Below, piece after piece: positions 35,591 to 49,284 of a stretch of DNA of 64,000 bases; position 1 is the stretch's first letter; each line of letters begins with the position of its first letter. The notes under the pieces are model-generated. The model was not told the origin of the DNA. It saw only the letters and a program-made list of their open reading frames with translations, and ran no database searches. The translations under genes and the position numbers were made by a program. The DNA is from Vicugna vicugna (lineage: Eukaryota), in contig MU058796.1 in the NCBI GenBank assembly GCA_013265495.1, positions 1 to 64,000 on the forward strand. The letters run 5' to 3'.

Positions 35591-38500
35591 ATGCCTTCCT
35601 GGCTAATTAGCTCAGATAACTAAATACAGTAAGGACATCCCTCCACCCCATAGCAAAAACATTAATATTTACCCATTTATAGTCTTGATTCAAACATCTG
35701 ATTTAGATTTTTCAACTCTTCATAGCTCTTCACTTCTACCTGTATTTTTAAAAAGTTATTTTCATTCAGTGCATGCCAGGAATGGTTACTCTTGCAGAAC
35801 ATTAGTCTTTTACCTCAAAGAGTTAAAAACTAAATCAGATCTGTAGTTGACTGACTTGTCTACTGACAGTCTTTGACGCATCGTCCCTCAAACACCATTT
35901 TTCCCCCTTCCCTGTCTAAAGAACATGATTGACAACTCTTTATATGTTTGGAATTTTTCGCTGGTGTAAAGTGCTTGGTAATGATGGAAATTAACCTGAG
36001 GCTTTATCTAACTACCTCTCCTTGCAAGTCCATTGAAGTTCTGGTAACAATTAAAATTTTCATGCAAACAAATGTTCCCTTCAGTAAAAATACCTTCTTC
36101 TGCCTTGTCATATCTTGCTTTAAAATCTCCCAGGTGGTGAAAAGAAGCCCTTTTCCTTGTCTTTCTTTCCACTGGGCTTGTATGAATGAAAATTTCTCCA
36201 GTTGAAATACACCAGCACATTCGAAAGCAGAGAAAGAACACAAATTAAGTGAAAATGCGTCTTTAAGTGGTGAGACTCTGAACCACCGAACATAGTTCTC
36301 TCTCCTTATGTCGGAAGGTGTTGTTGTCTCCTTAGGGAGAAAGAGCAAGAACAGGTCCATACAGGAAAGCATCTGTGGCTTTAGTTCTGTCCATTTATTC
36401 AGGATAGCTTGAATTAACTCCCACTGTTTTTCCCCCTAGTGTGAGAAGATGAACTATTATACATGGAACTTACAGGAACCTAATTCAAAGACTGTGATCA
36501 TTTGACCTTTGAATATCAAATATGCAGTATAAACAAAAATCTGAACAGTATCAACACATAATCAAGTGACAGAAATGTGGGGAACATGGGTCAGTAGCAA
36601 CTGAGCAAGCTACACATTTCTTCAGTAACAAATGAAGGACAATTTTGATGCCATTCTGTGATACCAGCATTCATTTTAGATCTTACTTGCAGTATCAAGT
36701 ATATGGCATGCCCCACATATCCAGAATCCCTATCTGCTGGCAGGCAGAAAGCCTGAGGACCTATCTTTTAAGTTATTTTAATATATCAGTTTTGCACGGG
36801 TTAGCTAAGTTAGACATAGACTATTGGTACAGGAAAGGTTGGGAGTTAATTTAAATTTGAGCTCACCCTTCCATCTCTTGCTGAGTGAGTTCTGTCGCCT
36901 GTGAGACAGTCCTTTCAGAGTTGATTTCTCCATTACTCGGTTGATATTCTTACCTTGAAAGAAAAAAAGGAAGCAGGAGAAGAACAAGGCATGGTGGTTA
37001 TGAACTATGTGTTGATACAAACATTCAAAGGAGTTAAAACTGACCTAAAACCATTTGAAGGCTGTGTCCCTCATTGCTGAATTCTTCAGCTGCATAACTG
37101 AATTTTCTACCTAAAAGAATGTCAATTTCCTGAAATTAAAAATAACATCAAAAGATTGTTCTCATTCTGGAAAGCTTGGGAGAGAAGCAAGAAATATTCA
37201 TATAACTTAATCCTTAAATATATTAGCAATTGTTTCGGGTTGGACTGTTGTCGACACATCCAAGCCCAAAAATAAAACCTCCCTAGCTACTCAGAGCCAC
37301 AGTTCGGAAGCCAAAGCCAAAATTTCTAAAAAGCCTTAAAGCAGGATTGGAAAGTCAATTTGTTTGCTTGTTTGTTATGACTGGTGTTATATATGTTACT
37401 TTCCTGTCAGTCCTGTCTCAGAAACGTTGATCAGGTGCTCTTCCCACAGTTGTTGAGACCTGTTCCCTGTATATACAGCACCTACAGTTTATACCACACA
37501 AGTCAGCCTCTAACTGTGTTATTTTACTGTATTTCCCTGGTTGTTTTATGGTTCATATTCTTGTATTTCAAGTAGCTTTTAAATTACTTGAGGCTAAAAA
37601 TCATACTTACTCCGTGTCCTTCATAGACCTTGAATTGATGTGAAGGTCAGAGACTATTCTTGATTAATATTTGAATGACCAATTGAATTTTTTTTAAAGA
37701 TCTAGTTAGCTTATTTTATATATTTTTTAAAAATTGCTTCAAGGACAAAGAGAGGAACATCCATTTATGACAGTATATGAAAGTTTATACATGCTCAATT
37801 TAAAAAATAGCCATAAGAAAATAGATTATTGTAATAGATAAATATATATCTGTGTGTATATATGTTGTTTCTCATTTTGGAAGTTAAAGGGAGAGACAAC
37901 TAGAGAAAGAACTAAGGTGAAAAGTGAGAGCAGAAGGAGAATGAAAAAGAGATAATAAGGCAATTTAGAGGGCAGGCAGTGGAGGAATGGAGAAGGGAGA
38001 AAGATCTTGAGAAACGAGGAGAGAAGGGTTTAGAAGACGTTAAAGAATTAAGACTTCGGCATTTCTCATTAACCACAGTTTACAGCTTTTTAGCTTCTAT
38101 CATTAAATCTTCATACACTGTAAATGGAATAGAAATAGTAATTAATCTCAAAGAGAAATTATCCTTTGGCCTAAAGCTTTGGCTCCCTGGGAATGAACAC
38201 ACTAAGCGGGGTTGAGGTCCTAAGTAAGGATGAAAGCAAAGAGGATATAAGGTGGCTTTTAATGCAAACTATAAAGTAGTCAATCCAGTAAGAAATCCCA
38301 CAGAGGAAGCTTACAACCATGAATCAAATTCTAAAAGGAGTTTGGCAAATCCAGTCTTACCCAGGCAGACATTGACACCTAAGCGGGTGGAGATGGAGCC
38401 TGTCAGAGGAGTGGGTTTCAAGGCAGCTTCAAATGTACGATTGTCAGCCAATGCACTCCTGTGCATGGAATAAGACACAGGCTTCAGGAAGCAGTGCTGA

Positions 38501-38981
38501 CAGAAGTGAAACAGGAAAAGCAGTTTGGGGTTCACCACCTGGATAGGAAGCAGGGCTCCCTCATCTATCCCCTTCTGAATGCCAGGGTCCAGGGGAAACA
38601 AAATTCTCTCAGTTCCTCAAAAGATTCAGGGTAAAGGCACTAAAAATATGGCTGCCCCTCCCACTGGGGTGCTCTGGCCTCTCGCTAGAGGCATTTTGTT
38701 GTCTCAGCTCACAGTTACTTCATTTTTTAGCCCCTAGCCATGGAGATGTTAAAGATGATTTGTGAAATCCTTCTGATTAGCAAGTAAAAAGCCATTGAGG
38801 ACCGGCTACTGAGATTTTGTTTGATTCAGAGAGGGACAGAGCAGCCTGCAGATGACTGTGGCTGACCGTGGAGGCCTATTTCTAACTGATGAAAGAGATA
38901 TAGGACCGTGGTTTAAAGTCTGCATCCTTGATTGGAAAACAAAAATCAAAGGCATTTAAAATCATGTGAACTGAGTTTACA

Positions 38982-39210
38982 GAGGGAGCATAATGAAGCA
39001 GAAAGAGTAATAGCTTCAGACAGACAGACCTGGGTTGGAATCCCAGCTAACGGGAATGTTATTTAGTCCCCCTGAACTTCAGCTTACTCGTCTATAAACT
39101 GAAATTAAAAATACCCACTTCTCAGTTTTATAGTGAAAAAGGAAATGGTATCTGATACATGCCTCCAAACAATGCTGAGCTTGTGGAAGACATTTGACAG
39201 TACTTCATAT
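38982..39210 (+). mobile_element. MIR SINE
   Basis: cagacagacctgggttggaatcccagct...tgaacttcagcttactcgtctataaa. Confidence 0.8.
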
Positions 39211-39788
39211 TCATTTTGCTTTCTGTCTAAAATCGAATCTGTGTTACTCTGGATCCCACTCAGAGACATATGCATTTAAATGTTTCATGGCTTAATTTTA
39301 ATTTGTAACTAAGAAGAGAAAAGAGATTCCTGGGACCACAAATCACTGATCCTAACTGCTTTTAACATAGTATTTGAGGATAGCCAGACTTAAAATTCTT
39401 AGTTCTTCCCTTAGGGCAGTGGGGCTGAATATAGCCATGAATAGTAAATTCTTAAAGAAAGGTGCTTCCTATGCTAGGGGTTGTATTTATAATTTTGATT
39501 AAAATTAATATTTTTACCTACCTCTGCTTCCCAGGCCCTGATTTAATATCCTTAAGGCTTGATGCCTAAACCAACATGTGGTAATTTCTACGGCTCTTAA
39601 AATGGCATGTCTGTCAGTGCTCCCAGGCACTTGGGTGATAGGTTCTAGCTACAGAGCTTGCTGAATTTGCTTTTGAGCAAGATCTGTGCAGACCACGATG
39701 GGTTACCAGTGCTCAAGATCAAAAGCCAGATTGAGGACTTTCGGAAGAATTGACTGAATTAGTTAAACATAAAATTCAATAAAGAGGA

Positions 39789-39791
<3 letters not shown>

Positions 39792-39826
<35 letters not shown>

Positions 39827-39866
39827 NNNNNNNNNNNNNNNNNNNNNNNNNNNNNNTGTGTGTGTG
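39792..39866. other. assembly gap (30 N, 39827-39856) flanked by poly(T)35 and (TG)n
   Basis: Directly visible. Confidence 0.98.
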
Positions 39867-42800
39867 AGGTGAGCATAGAGCACATATCAGAAGAAAAAAG
39901 CATCAGGACGTGAGAAAATCAGAAGGGTATTTCACAGCTTTGTAGGAGTTTTTGATTCCTTTGGAAGCTATGTAAATGAATTTCTTAAACACAGACTGTC
40001 ATTGATTTTTTCCGATGTTCATTGATTCCATAGTCATTGCTTCATGTATGTGTTCTTCCAAAACATCTAGTATCAATATTTCTCTCCCTCAGCTCTGTCC
40101 CCAATCCATTATAAGTATATCATTAAGACCTGTTTAATTTCCTATGAAAGATTATATTAAGTGCACTTTTAGTGTAATTATGTCAATAGTGGAAGATAAA
40201 CATGTATTAGGCAGTGCAAAACTCTGATTATCTGTCAGGGTAAATCTGTTTATTTCAGCTATAGCAATTTGACAGCCCCCTGGTGTTTATCGAGAAAGTA
40301 CATGCTGGTGCCAGGTAGAGTTTGGTGGGGTTCTGACAGCAAAATGCTCTCAATGGCCTCCTGCTGTGACATATCTTCATCATATATAAACCCACATACA
40401 TGTGTATCTATGTAATGAAATGCAGACATATGGATCATGTGTTTTAGGTATATGTGATACACTTATGTTTTGGTGTTTTTGTACACCTAGAAAACAAAAT
40501 ATAATTTGAGAAACACCAGTGTCCAGTTTGCATTAACAGCCCTGCATAGAATGAAATGGCTTGAGAAAGGGGAGAGTGGATTACAGGATTAGGCTGCATT
40601 TTAGTTTGTGCCCAGGGCAGGGTTTGCCCTCAGTAATGTCAGCTCAGAACCATTTATATTAACCTACAGAAAAAGGAAAGAGCCAGCACAAAGGAAGGGA
40701 ATCAAGAGAGGTCTGGTATAGGTTATTCATCCGATTCTCCATGCAAACATCCTTCTTTCACTCTTCTTTTTTCCTTGAGATAGTATTTTCTAAATATAAC
40801 CTAGAAACACCACTGACTGCCAGCTGCTATTGGGCACAAAGTTCCTCTTAATGAGATAAAACAGCATCAGGAAGTCAACATGCCACATGTGTCATGGGTG
40901 AATTTTACCAGGTTTTCATGCAACAGAAAATGATTCGAAATGAAAATGAATTGAATATTCAGAAACAGTTGCCAGCCCCTCTGAAAAATAATTTTGTCTG
41001 ACTTTATTACATTGTGATCATTTCCTGAATGCCGTAAAATGCTGAGTAGAATAATAAAAATTGATATGTATATTGACATTTCAGTTTTTCTAAATAGAAG
41101 CTGAGAAAATATAAACAGCATTTGGTCTTTGCAACTCTTCCGACCAACCATTCATATTCTGACTAACTCATTCACTCTCAAATATCTCATTCGGCCTTAA
41201 TATAAATGTCTTCTGAGCTAATTTCTCCCTAGTAGATTATGCTCATCTTCAGTTTGATTCAGAATTTACATGTGTAGTTTGCATATTTTTGCATCAGAGT
41301 GTCTGCTTTAAATTAGATAAAGGTCACTGTCATTCATAATCAAGAAGAAGGTGGATTAAAGGTCACAATTCAATAAAAAAATCTGATTAGATGTAGAGAT
41401 TTGTTCATGTGATTCAGTATCATTGGATAAGTGGAAATCATGAGCCAACAAATTAACCTCAGTATAATGGGTGACTTGCTTCACTGTGATCAAAAATATT
41501 CCCAGGGTTTTTTCCCCCCACAGTATAACTTATTTGTCCCTCTGTAGCCGTGACAGTTAATTCTGTTAACAGTTTTACCACAAAGTGTCTTTCGTAATGT
41601 CATTTGGTTTTCGGAGTGACATAAATGACAATTTTATCTCCAAAATAAAGTAGAAAGTTATAATGAATTAATAATAGACAGACAGATGTGGATGAGAAAG
41701 TCTCTGAGGACCTATGGTTACTTCTACCATTTTTTCCCTGAGGTAGTTCCTAGTTCTTCCACTCTTCTTAAAGGATGGAGCTGTCACAGCACATTTCTTC
41801 TTTTACATACTGTTTTATACCTCTCACGGACACTTAAGAGTCCCTATAAACCCTTCCAAATCTTGACATCTATCTATGTGGCATTTCTGTCTGTGATTAG
41901 AATGGATAAGTATAAAATAAATGTAGACAGTGGGAGACAATTAGGCTTTTTCAATTTGGCGAATTTTTAGGGTATGTTTGCCAATGACTTGAATAAATGG
42001 AAAGTAGTTGAAAACCAGCAAATGCTAATTTGCAGTGTATATTTATTTTGTCCATAAATCAATATGAATACTGAAGGGATAATTGATACACTTTCATTTA
42101 TGTTTGAAGGTTTGATGTAAGTACTGAGGTGTTAATATCAGTGCTTAGTGTAACTGAACTCACTGTTATGACTAAAAATTAAAGAGTCTGATTTCCTCCT
42201 CTTGTAATATTTCTCTTCCTTTTCACATGAGCTCTTGACTTAAGGAGAAATCTTATTTTTTTCGATTGTTTGTCTACCCTATTTGCTATATTGACCCCTT
42301 AACATAGAATTGCCCACCAAAGGAGAAAAGATAGAAGAAGAAGAAAGATAGATGAAGAGGCATCTCCTTTTTAAGGCTGACTGTTTATTTTTCCAAAGAA
42401 AATCAAACATCTTTGTAGGAACTATAAAGGTTAAATGGTTTAAGCAGATTGTAATTAGTTAATTTTGTTAAACATATACTGGATCAATTTTACATTATTT
42501 TAATTACCTTTTGGAATAAATGGTTTGGTGAACAAATTCACTTGATGTTCGGGATCAAACAAAATTACCTTTCCTCTGGGTAAGCTTAAGTTTCACAAAA
42601 TGATTTGGAAATGACCTCCTTTGCTTTCATCTAAAAATATCTTTGGATTTAGAAAATGATTAAAGTTGGATATATTGTGTTTTAAGCCAATCATATTTTA
42701 CCATTTTCACAGCTTATTCTTTCTTTAAAGGGGAATATAATGAAACTCCACTAAACAGATGTTCCCCTTTTAAGGAGACTCTTGGAATTCATGCAGTATC

Positions 42801-43215
42801 ATGGTATTTGTAAGGCTAATTCAACTCATTTCTGCCCCAAGACATTTATTGTACTCTGATGAGTTTATAAAGCTTTTTCTGACATGCTGTAGGAATGAAA
42901 GCTAGATAATCATTAAATATCATGATCATGGACAAATCAGAGATGTTCTGATTTATGTCTCTGCACTGTATGTATGTGCACATATATAGGCATACTCATA
43001 CGTATAAATAGACAATCCCTAATTGTAAATACCAGATCTCAGATAGTGAGATAATATATAAGAAATCCATATAAGTATCTTTCATCCTCCCCAATTTATG
43101 GCACCTTGGGAGCAACTTGGGGAAATACAAATATGATTTGCCCTTTTGTGTCAGTGTGGAGTTAGCAAGTTAATCTAGTGCCCAAAACTAGCTCATTCTC
43201 TCTTTCTGCTTACGA

Positions 43216-43431
43216 AAGTAGTTCCCAGTTATGGGTGATTTTGCTTCCCAGGGTAATGCCTGGAACATTTTTGGTTTGGATTGGTGGTGGGAGGGATTGT
43301 TGTGGTGTTGGTACTGCTGACATCTATTGGGTAGAAGTCAGGCATGCTGCTGCTAAATACACAGGATAGCCTCCCACAACAAAGAATTATCCTGCTAAAA
43401 ACTTTAAAGCCCCCAAGGATGAAAAACCCTC
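43216..43431 (+). mobile_element. MER20 (hAT-Charlie non-autonomous DNA transposon)
   Basis: ggtgattttgcttcccaggg...tgcctggaacatttttggtt...gacatctattgggtagaagtcaggcatgctgctgctaaa...cccacaacaaagaattatcc...aaggatgaaaaaccct. Confidence 0.88.
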
Positions 43432-44611
43432 TCTTACAGGAAAAAAGGAGAGCTTTCTTTATTATGCCTCTCAACGCTATAGTACCTCTCTCCCCACACC
43501 CCAACTCTACATCATTCCAGTCTGTCTGGCTAACTTCCCTTGGTCCCTCAGAACCCGCAGGGCACTGATCACCTCGTTCCTGGAAGTTCTTCTAGTTTGT
43601 CATCTGATTATGATGACACACCTTTGTGTTAACCACACCACTGCATCCCTCTGAACTCCAGTGGTTGATTTGCTTCTCTGTATCCCATGCTAGACTATAA
43701 ATCTCTTGAGAACTGAACTTTGTATTGCTAACATCCAGCATAATATGTGGGACATAACTGTCTATTAAGACTTGTTGTTGAATGAAATTAAGCTTATCTC
43801 TAGAAACAGTACTTTACAGGATGTGTGGGTTTAGCTTAAATAGCACTTAAGATACTACTTCAGGAATTGTGGGTTAAATGTCTAAGTTGTAGTTGCTGGC
43901 CTAAAAGCATAACTGTTTTTTAAGAAAAATGAAACAGAACCATGTGTAAGTAGAGGGGTCTGCCTGCATATTTATTTATATCTGTATAGCTGGATGTGTT
44001 TTAAAACATAATCATGTGTTTATGAAACATAGCATGATTGCATGTATATATATTTTTTTCAGTAAGGTATACATTTTAATGAAGATACTCCAAGACAGTA
44101 TCATGAATATATACACATACCTAAATGAAGCATATTTTCACATTTGCATCATTAAATTTTCCTGACTCTAATGTCTGTTTATAGTTGATTTGCCAAATAT
44201 TATATTTGCAATAAAATAGAGAAGAGCACTCTCCGCCTCTAAAGAACATGTATGCCTTTAGTAAAATCACTGTTATTTCTATGTTTTATGTTTTCTTGAT
44301 CTCTGTGTTTTGGGTCATGAATATGGTCAATAATAGTATCAAATTATGAAAATATATCTATACAATTGAGTAATAAGTGATGAGTTAACTTATTAATTGA
44401 TATTAATCAATGAGAGTCCAGGACTACCTTTTACATCAATTGTTACACCGTTCAACAGTAATACTGATTACTCTGCATTTTGCCAATACCGTGACCCTTT
44501 ATTATTCCGCAAAGAGAAAGAGTGAAGTCAAAATCTGGCAAGTCTTTGATTAATAAATGTAATTGTAAGCAACTAATTTGGGTAAGTTAAAAATTTACTT
44601 TAATAGAGCTT

Positions 44612-44860
44612 AAAAATTAAGAATGCACCTTTAGAGCCAGAAAGATTTATGTTTCATACCTGGCTCTGCCATTTACAAGCTGTGAGACTTTAAGTGCATA
44701 GTTTAACCCCCTGAGCTCTCATGTTCATCTGTAAAATGGGTACACTACTGACATTTACTAATACCTACTTCTCATGATTTTTGTATAGATAAATGAAATG
44801 ATATAAAAAAAATTTCCATGTGCCCATAGACACATAAGTTAGTTCAATAAATCGTGCCTG
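44612..44860 (+). mobile_element. MIR SINE
   Basis: tttagagccagaaagat...cctggctctgccatttacaagctgtgagactt...catctgtaaaatggg. Confidence 0.9.
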
Positions 44861-45029
44861 TGACTGACATAATAGTAGTTGTAGAAGTAACCAGCCTAGT
44901 AATAATAGCAGTGGTAGGACACTGTAAATCCAGTTTCTTTTATAATCTGTTAAATATGCCTCATAGCATTCCTATAACTTAAAATTGGATTTATATTAGA
45001 AAAAAATTACAGAAGAAGTTTTCTTATGT

Positions 45030-45300
45030 TTTCTTCTTTCTGCAGTCATAGTATTCAGCATCACTCATATTCTAAACTACTGTACTCCTCTTTTTCATAC
45101 TACTTCCATCCTTCTGTGGCATGTAACATTCATTTTGTCCTCCATCAATTTATGATGTCATTTGCAATTTTGTTTGAGAAAACTTTTGAGAGCAGTTTCC
45201 AGACTTACTTTTTTTTTGGCAAACCCAACAGCATTTTTTTTAACATCTCTATGTCCTTCCATGGCTCACCAGAACAACATAATTGTAAATACAAAGCCAG
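45030..45300 (-). mobile_element. possible CR1/L3 reverse-transcriptase remnant
   Basis: The minus frame ..SNKIANDIIN*W..TEGW..LE resembles the CR1 SKFADDTKLGG..PEG..LE.W segment, but is highly decayed. Confidence 0.3.
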
Positions 45301-46124
45301 ATTGATTTTTTTAACAGGGTGCACCATAGATAAGAGAGGCTGTGAAATATTCAAATTTCTCATTAAACTAGAAGAATTGCATCCATTTTTCCTCCAGTGA
45401 TCCCAACAAGCCGGTGTGCCAAACCTGTCTTTAGGAATAGCATTTCTACCAGAAGTGGAGCTCAACAAGTGCTGTTCTGAATGAAACTAGAATAATGAAT
45501 GTACCTAGTGAATGGTTATATAGAGACTAAAATAATCATGAATAAAATTATCACAAGCTTTTTTTTTATTCCATTCATTAATTTTATTTATTAAAATAAG
45601 GCAGTAACTAAAGAGGAAAATAAGACTCAGTTACCATTTTGTCTTTTAGGCCTTCTAGGTCAGTTTTCTTAGAATTCTTTTTGTCTTTATGTAGAGATAT
45701 ATAGCTAAATTTCATAAGATATGGTTATTATTAGACTTTAACAATTTTAACTTTTTGTTTTTAATTAATTTTAAAATAGTTGAAAGAACACTCATTTAAA
45801 AACTTAAGGAAATAAAATGCTTTTGATTATATATTTGAATGGACTCCTATCTTTTAATTAACATAGTTAAATAAGCTTATTATTAAATAAGCTTATTAAA
45901 ATATACAAGAAAATATATGCATTATAATACATAATTATATATAACATGTACAATGTACTAGTATGGTATTTGTATATATACACGCATTTAATAATGAACC
46001 AAACAGTGTGGATCCTTGACCCCTAACTGGGCATGAGGAAGGGGTAAAGCACAGAGCTTTATCTTTGGCCTTTTCTACATTGAATGTGAACAAAGAAAAT
46101 ATGCTTATCCAGATCACACATAGA

Positions 46125-47920
46125 GGAAAACCTGAAAAAGATTATCAATACCATATATGACAATAAGAAATAAATATAACAGCACAGGATAAACGATAAT
46201 TCTGTAAATCAGTTAAAAACATGAAATGCACAACTTTAAATGGATCACTGTAGCTAAGACTCTTATTTAGAAAGAAAAAGATTTATAGATTTCAGGTAAT
46301 TATAAGTTTAGCGTGCACCAATGGTGAGATCTGGCTGCTAAAAAATGTATCACCCCCTTAGGCTAAATTAATAAACATCGTAAGAAAAACATTGGAAAGA
46401 ACAGTCCCATTAAATTAATTATTAGATCACATCTAGCATGTTGCAATTAGTCCTCTATATTAAAAAGAGAGCATTGAAAAACACAATGTGTCAAAAAAAG
46501 GTGTGGCCAAGTTGGAGAGGGATTTAAAAATTATGTCGTATGAGGAATAGTATAGGAACCAAATTACTTGGCCCAGTAATGAGAAGACCAGGGGGAAATA
46601 TAATCAATAATGGATTTGAATATTTTTTAGCAAGTATTTATTGACACTCAGTGGCAAGTGCTGTGCTTAAGTATTACATAAACAGAAAAATTTTTTAAAA
46701 ACTCATCTTTTATCCCTTTGTTAGTGGACTTCAAAATCAAGAGGAAGAGGCAAGACTTTAAGTGAATAATCACACAAATGAACATTCAGTACTAAATAGT
46801 GATAAGAAAAGAAAGAAAAAACTGATGAAATAGTTTAAAAATTGATCTGATATAATTGGGATGGAACATATTGTCAGGGGAGGCTCTCTGAAGAAGCAAC
46901 ATTTAAATCAAGTAAATAAAGGCTGGGGGAGGGTAGCAGACTTCATTCCAAGCAATGATAATAACAAATGCAGAGTCTCATTATCAAGGCCCTTAAGGTA
47001 GAAAAGAGCTTAGTACACTTGAAGAATGAAAAGAGGAGAGGGTGATTAAAGCATGTAAGTGAATAAGAAGAATGATGTGAGAAGAAAATGGAGCCAGATT
47101 GTTTTAGCCCTTCGAAGTAACATTGAGGCTTCTATTCTAAATGCCAGGAAAAGCTGCTGAAGAATTTAAGCACAGTAAGGTCAAGGAGATTCGCTTTTTA
47201 CATAGATCACTCTGGTTTTTCATGGCTCATGTATCGGAAAGGGCTGGAGGTATGAGGGATCTACTTTGGAGTCTTGCAGTAGAAGAGACAAGAGATAAAG
47301 GTCCTTTGGCCTCAAGTGGAGAAGGTGGAGACTGAATAAAAAAGATTCAAAAGCAATTTTGGAGGTAATATCAAGAGAATTTGATAATGGATTGCATGTG
47401 ATTTTAGGAAGGAAATACGGTGCCAACCAAAACCTCCATTTTCTGGAATAAATAACTACATGAATTACTGAGAAAAAGGTGGAGAAACTTTAAAGCTAAA
47501 GCTCGAATGCCTTGTTTTGACCACAGTAAGTTTGAGAAGCAAGATCAATTGTTTTAAACAACAACAGCAATGACAACGAAAGCCATAAATACAGTTTTCA
47601 TATTAAATGGGTGACTATTTGGTGAGTTGTCAGGTGGAAGTGAATGCAGAATTGTTCTGTTTTCTTCAAAAGAACAGATCCACAACCACAATGTCAAATT
47701 TACCATAAGGTCAATTTCAACTCAGTCCACAAAAGAACTCATTTTAAGAACTAAACTATCTAAAAAAGGAAGACTGTCTTAGAAGGGGACAAATTTCCCC
47801 TCGCAGTAGCTATAGTGGCAGAGATCAAAGTCTACAGGAGATGCTTTTTAAAAGATTTCTGCACTTTGTGGATGGCTGGACTTGGGTCTCTTTCAATGCT
47901 ATTGTGCTCAGTTCCAGATA
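46125..47920 (+). mobile_element. L3/CR1 3' region (about 46125-46610 and 47600-47920) split by an L2
   Basis: ggctgctaaaaaa..cttaggct.aattaata...attagatcacatctag...gtcgtatgaggaa, then after the insert ...atttcaactcagt..aaagaact...ttcccctc...ggctggactt, CR1-like and colinear. Confidence 0.65.
46620..47540 (-). mobile_element. L2 LINE fragment nested in L3
   Basis: caagtatttattgac (reverse L2 tail)...ggaggctctctgaagaagcaacattta...tagatcactctgg...ttggaggtaatatcaagagaatttgataatggattg. Confidence 0.8.
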
Positions 47921-49224
47921 TAAAGTTTTTAAACCTTGAGAAGAAATCAAAGAAGATTCTCATTAAAGTCACCGCAGGTGTTTGGTAAACCATTTAATTC
48001 CTGGTTACCTGGCATCTTTCTACCAGAAGGGCTATTGATCGCATCAAGCAACTAGGTGGTTGTTTACTGAAATGTGCACACTTTCCCTCTTGGGTAAGCA
48101 AAGGTCAGCACCAAGCCAGAAGTGGGTTACAGAGGTTAGAAGCTGAGAGTTCTCTTCCATTATGATCCTAAACTCTCCTCATGCAAATGTCACTAATTTG
48201 TAGTGGCTTGCTTTCTTGCTGTGCTTAAACTTAGCCTCAAGCATCCTTCTCTACCCAGCACTCCCAGACAATCAATACTCACTGATTGGCATTGTCATTT
48301 GAGATGATACTCAACCCGGTTGTCATGAGTGCTCAACCCCATGACTCACAGCTCTTAAGGGTGTCTACCCTCACAGACTCCACAGGGAATAGAAAGCTGT
48401 GATGATTTCTTCTAAGCCCAGATCATCTTGCTGAGAATTAATACCATTTGCCAGCCGAAACAATCCCTCCCCCAGCACATTGGTTGTGCTTCATTTTTTC
48501 TCCCTGAAAACGCTTTGTAAATTAAAGAGTCTGCAGTGTGGTCTACATAAATATATGCAGGTGGAAAGATCACTGTGTCCTTAAGTTTGTCATGATAGCT
48601 TGGTGTGTGATCCTGCCTTAAATGGAGAGTGGGAGAAAGAATTGGCCACATGGGCAGACATTTCATGGTAGACACTGTACATAATCAGAGCCAGAGATTT
48701 GAGACAAAACATCTCAGTCCTTGGGGGGAAAAAGCTCATTTTTCTCTTTCATATATTTTAGTCTTCAGTAATAACTGTAAGCTTTGTGATTGTGGTTCAG
48801 GGATAGTACCTTTCACATCAGAGTTCAATTTTAATATATCTAGAGCTCTTTAATAAGACAGTCTGTTAAGACTAGGGCACTGACTGATTAATAAGTTGGT
48901 TCAAGTAGACTTTCATTCGGGTCTCAGGAATAAGTGCTCTGTCTAGTTGATAAATTTCCACACTAAACACAAACGTTGTTATTTGTCATATACTAACTAT
49001 TTCAATGGGCCATTCTTCATGATCTTGAACAAGTATCAATTGATCTCTAGGACTCAGATGTCACACTGCAGTCCAGCTGTGTTCAAAGAATCTAAGTTTA
49101 AGTGAACCACAATACAAAAGAAATTTTTGAAAATTAATTTTCTCTAGGGGCAGAAATGTATAAAGCACATTAATGAGGACGTGAACAACAAGCAGTGACT
49201 CAGGGCTGTTATTTTTCTCCACAG

Positions 49225-49284
49225 CAGAAATGCAGTAATCAATCCAGACAGTCGTATCTTCAGATCCTCAGGTTTTTAATAAAG
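49225..49284 (+). other. candidate 60-nt internal exon
   Basis: Acceptor ctgttatttttctccacag|cag (NAGNAG) and full-consensus donor AAG|GTAAGT, in non-repeat sequence. Confidence 0.5.

Noticed and set aside
45026..45468. Overlapping 124-aa and 87-aa ORFs as a coding exon
   Set aside because: Low-information composition with no recognisable protein; better explained by chance or a decayed CR1-like remnant.
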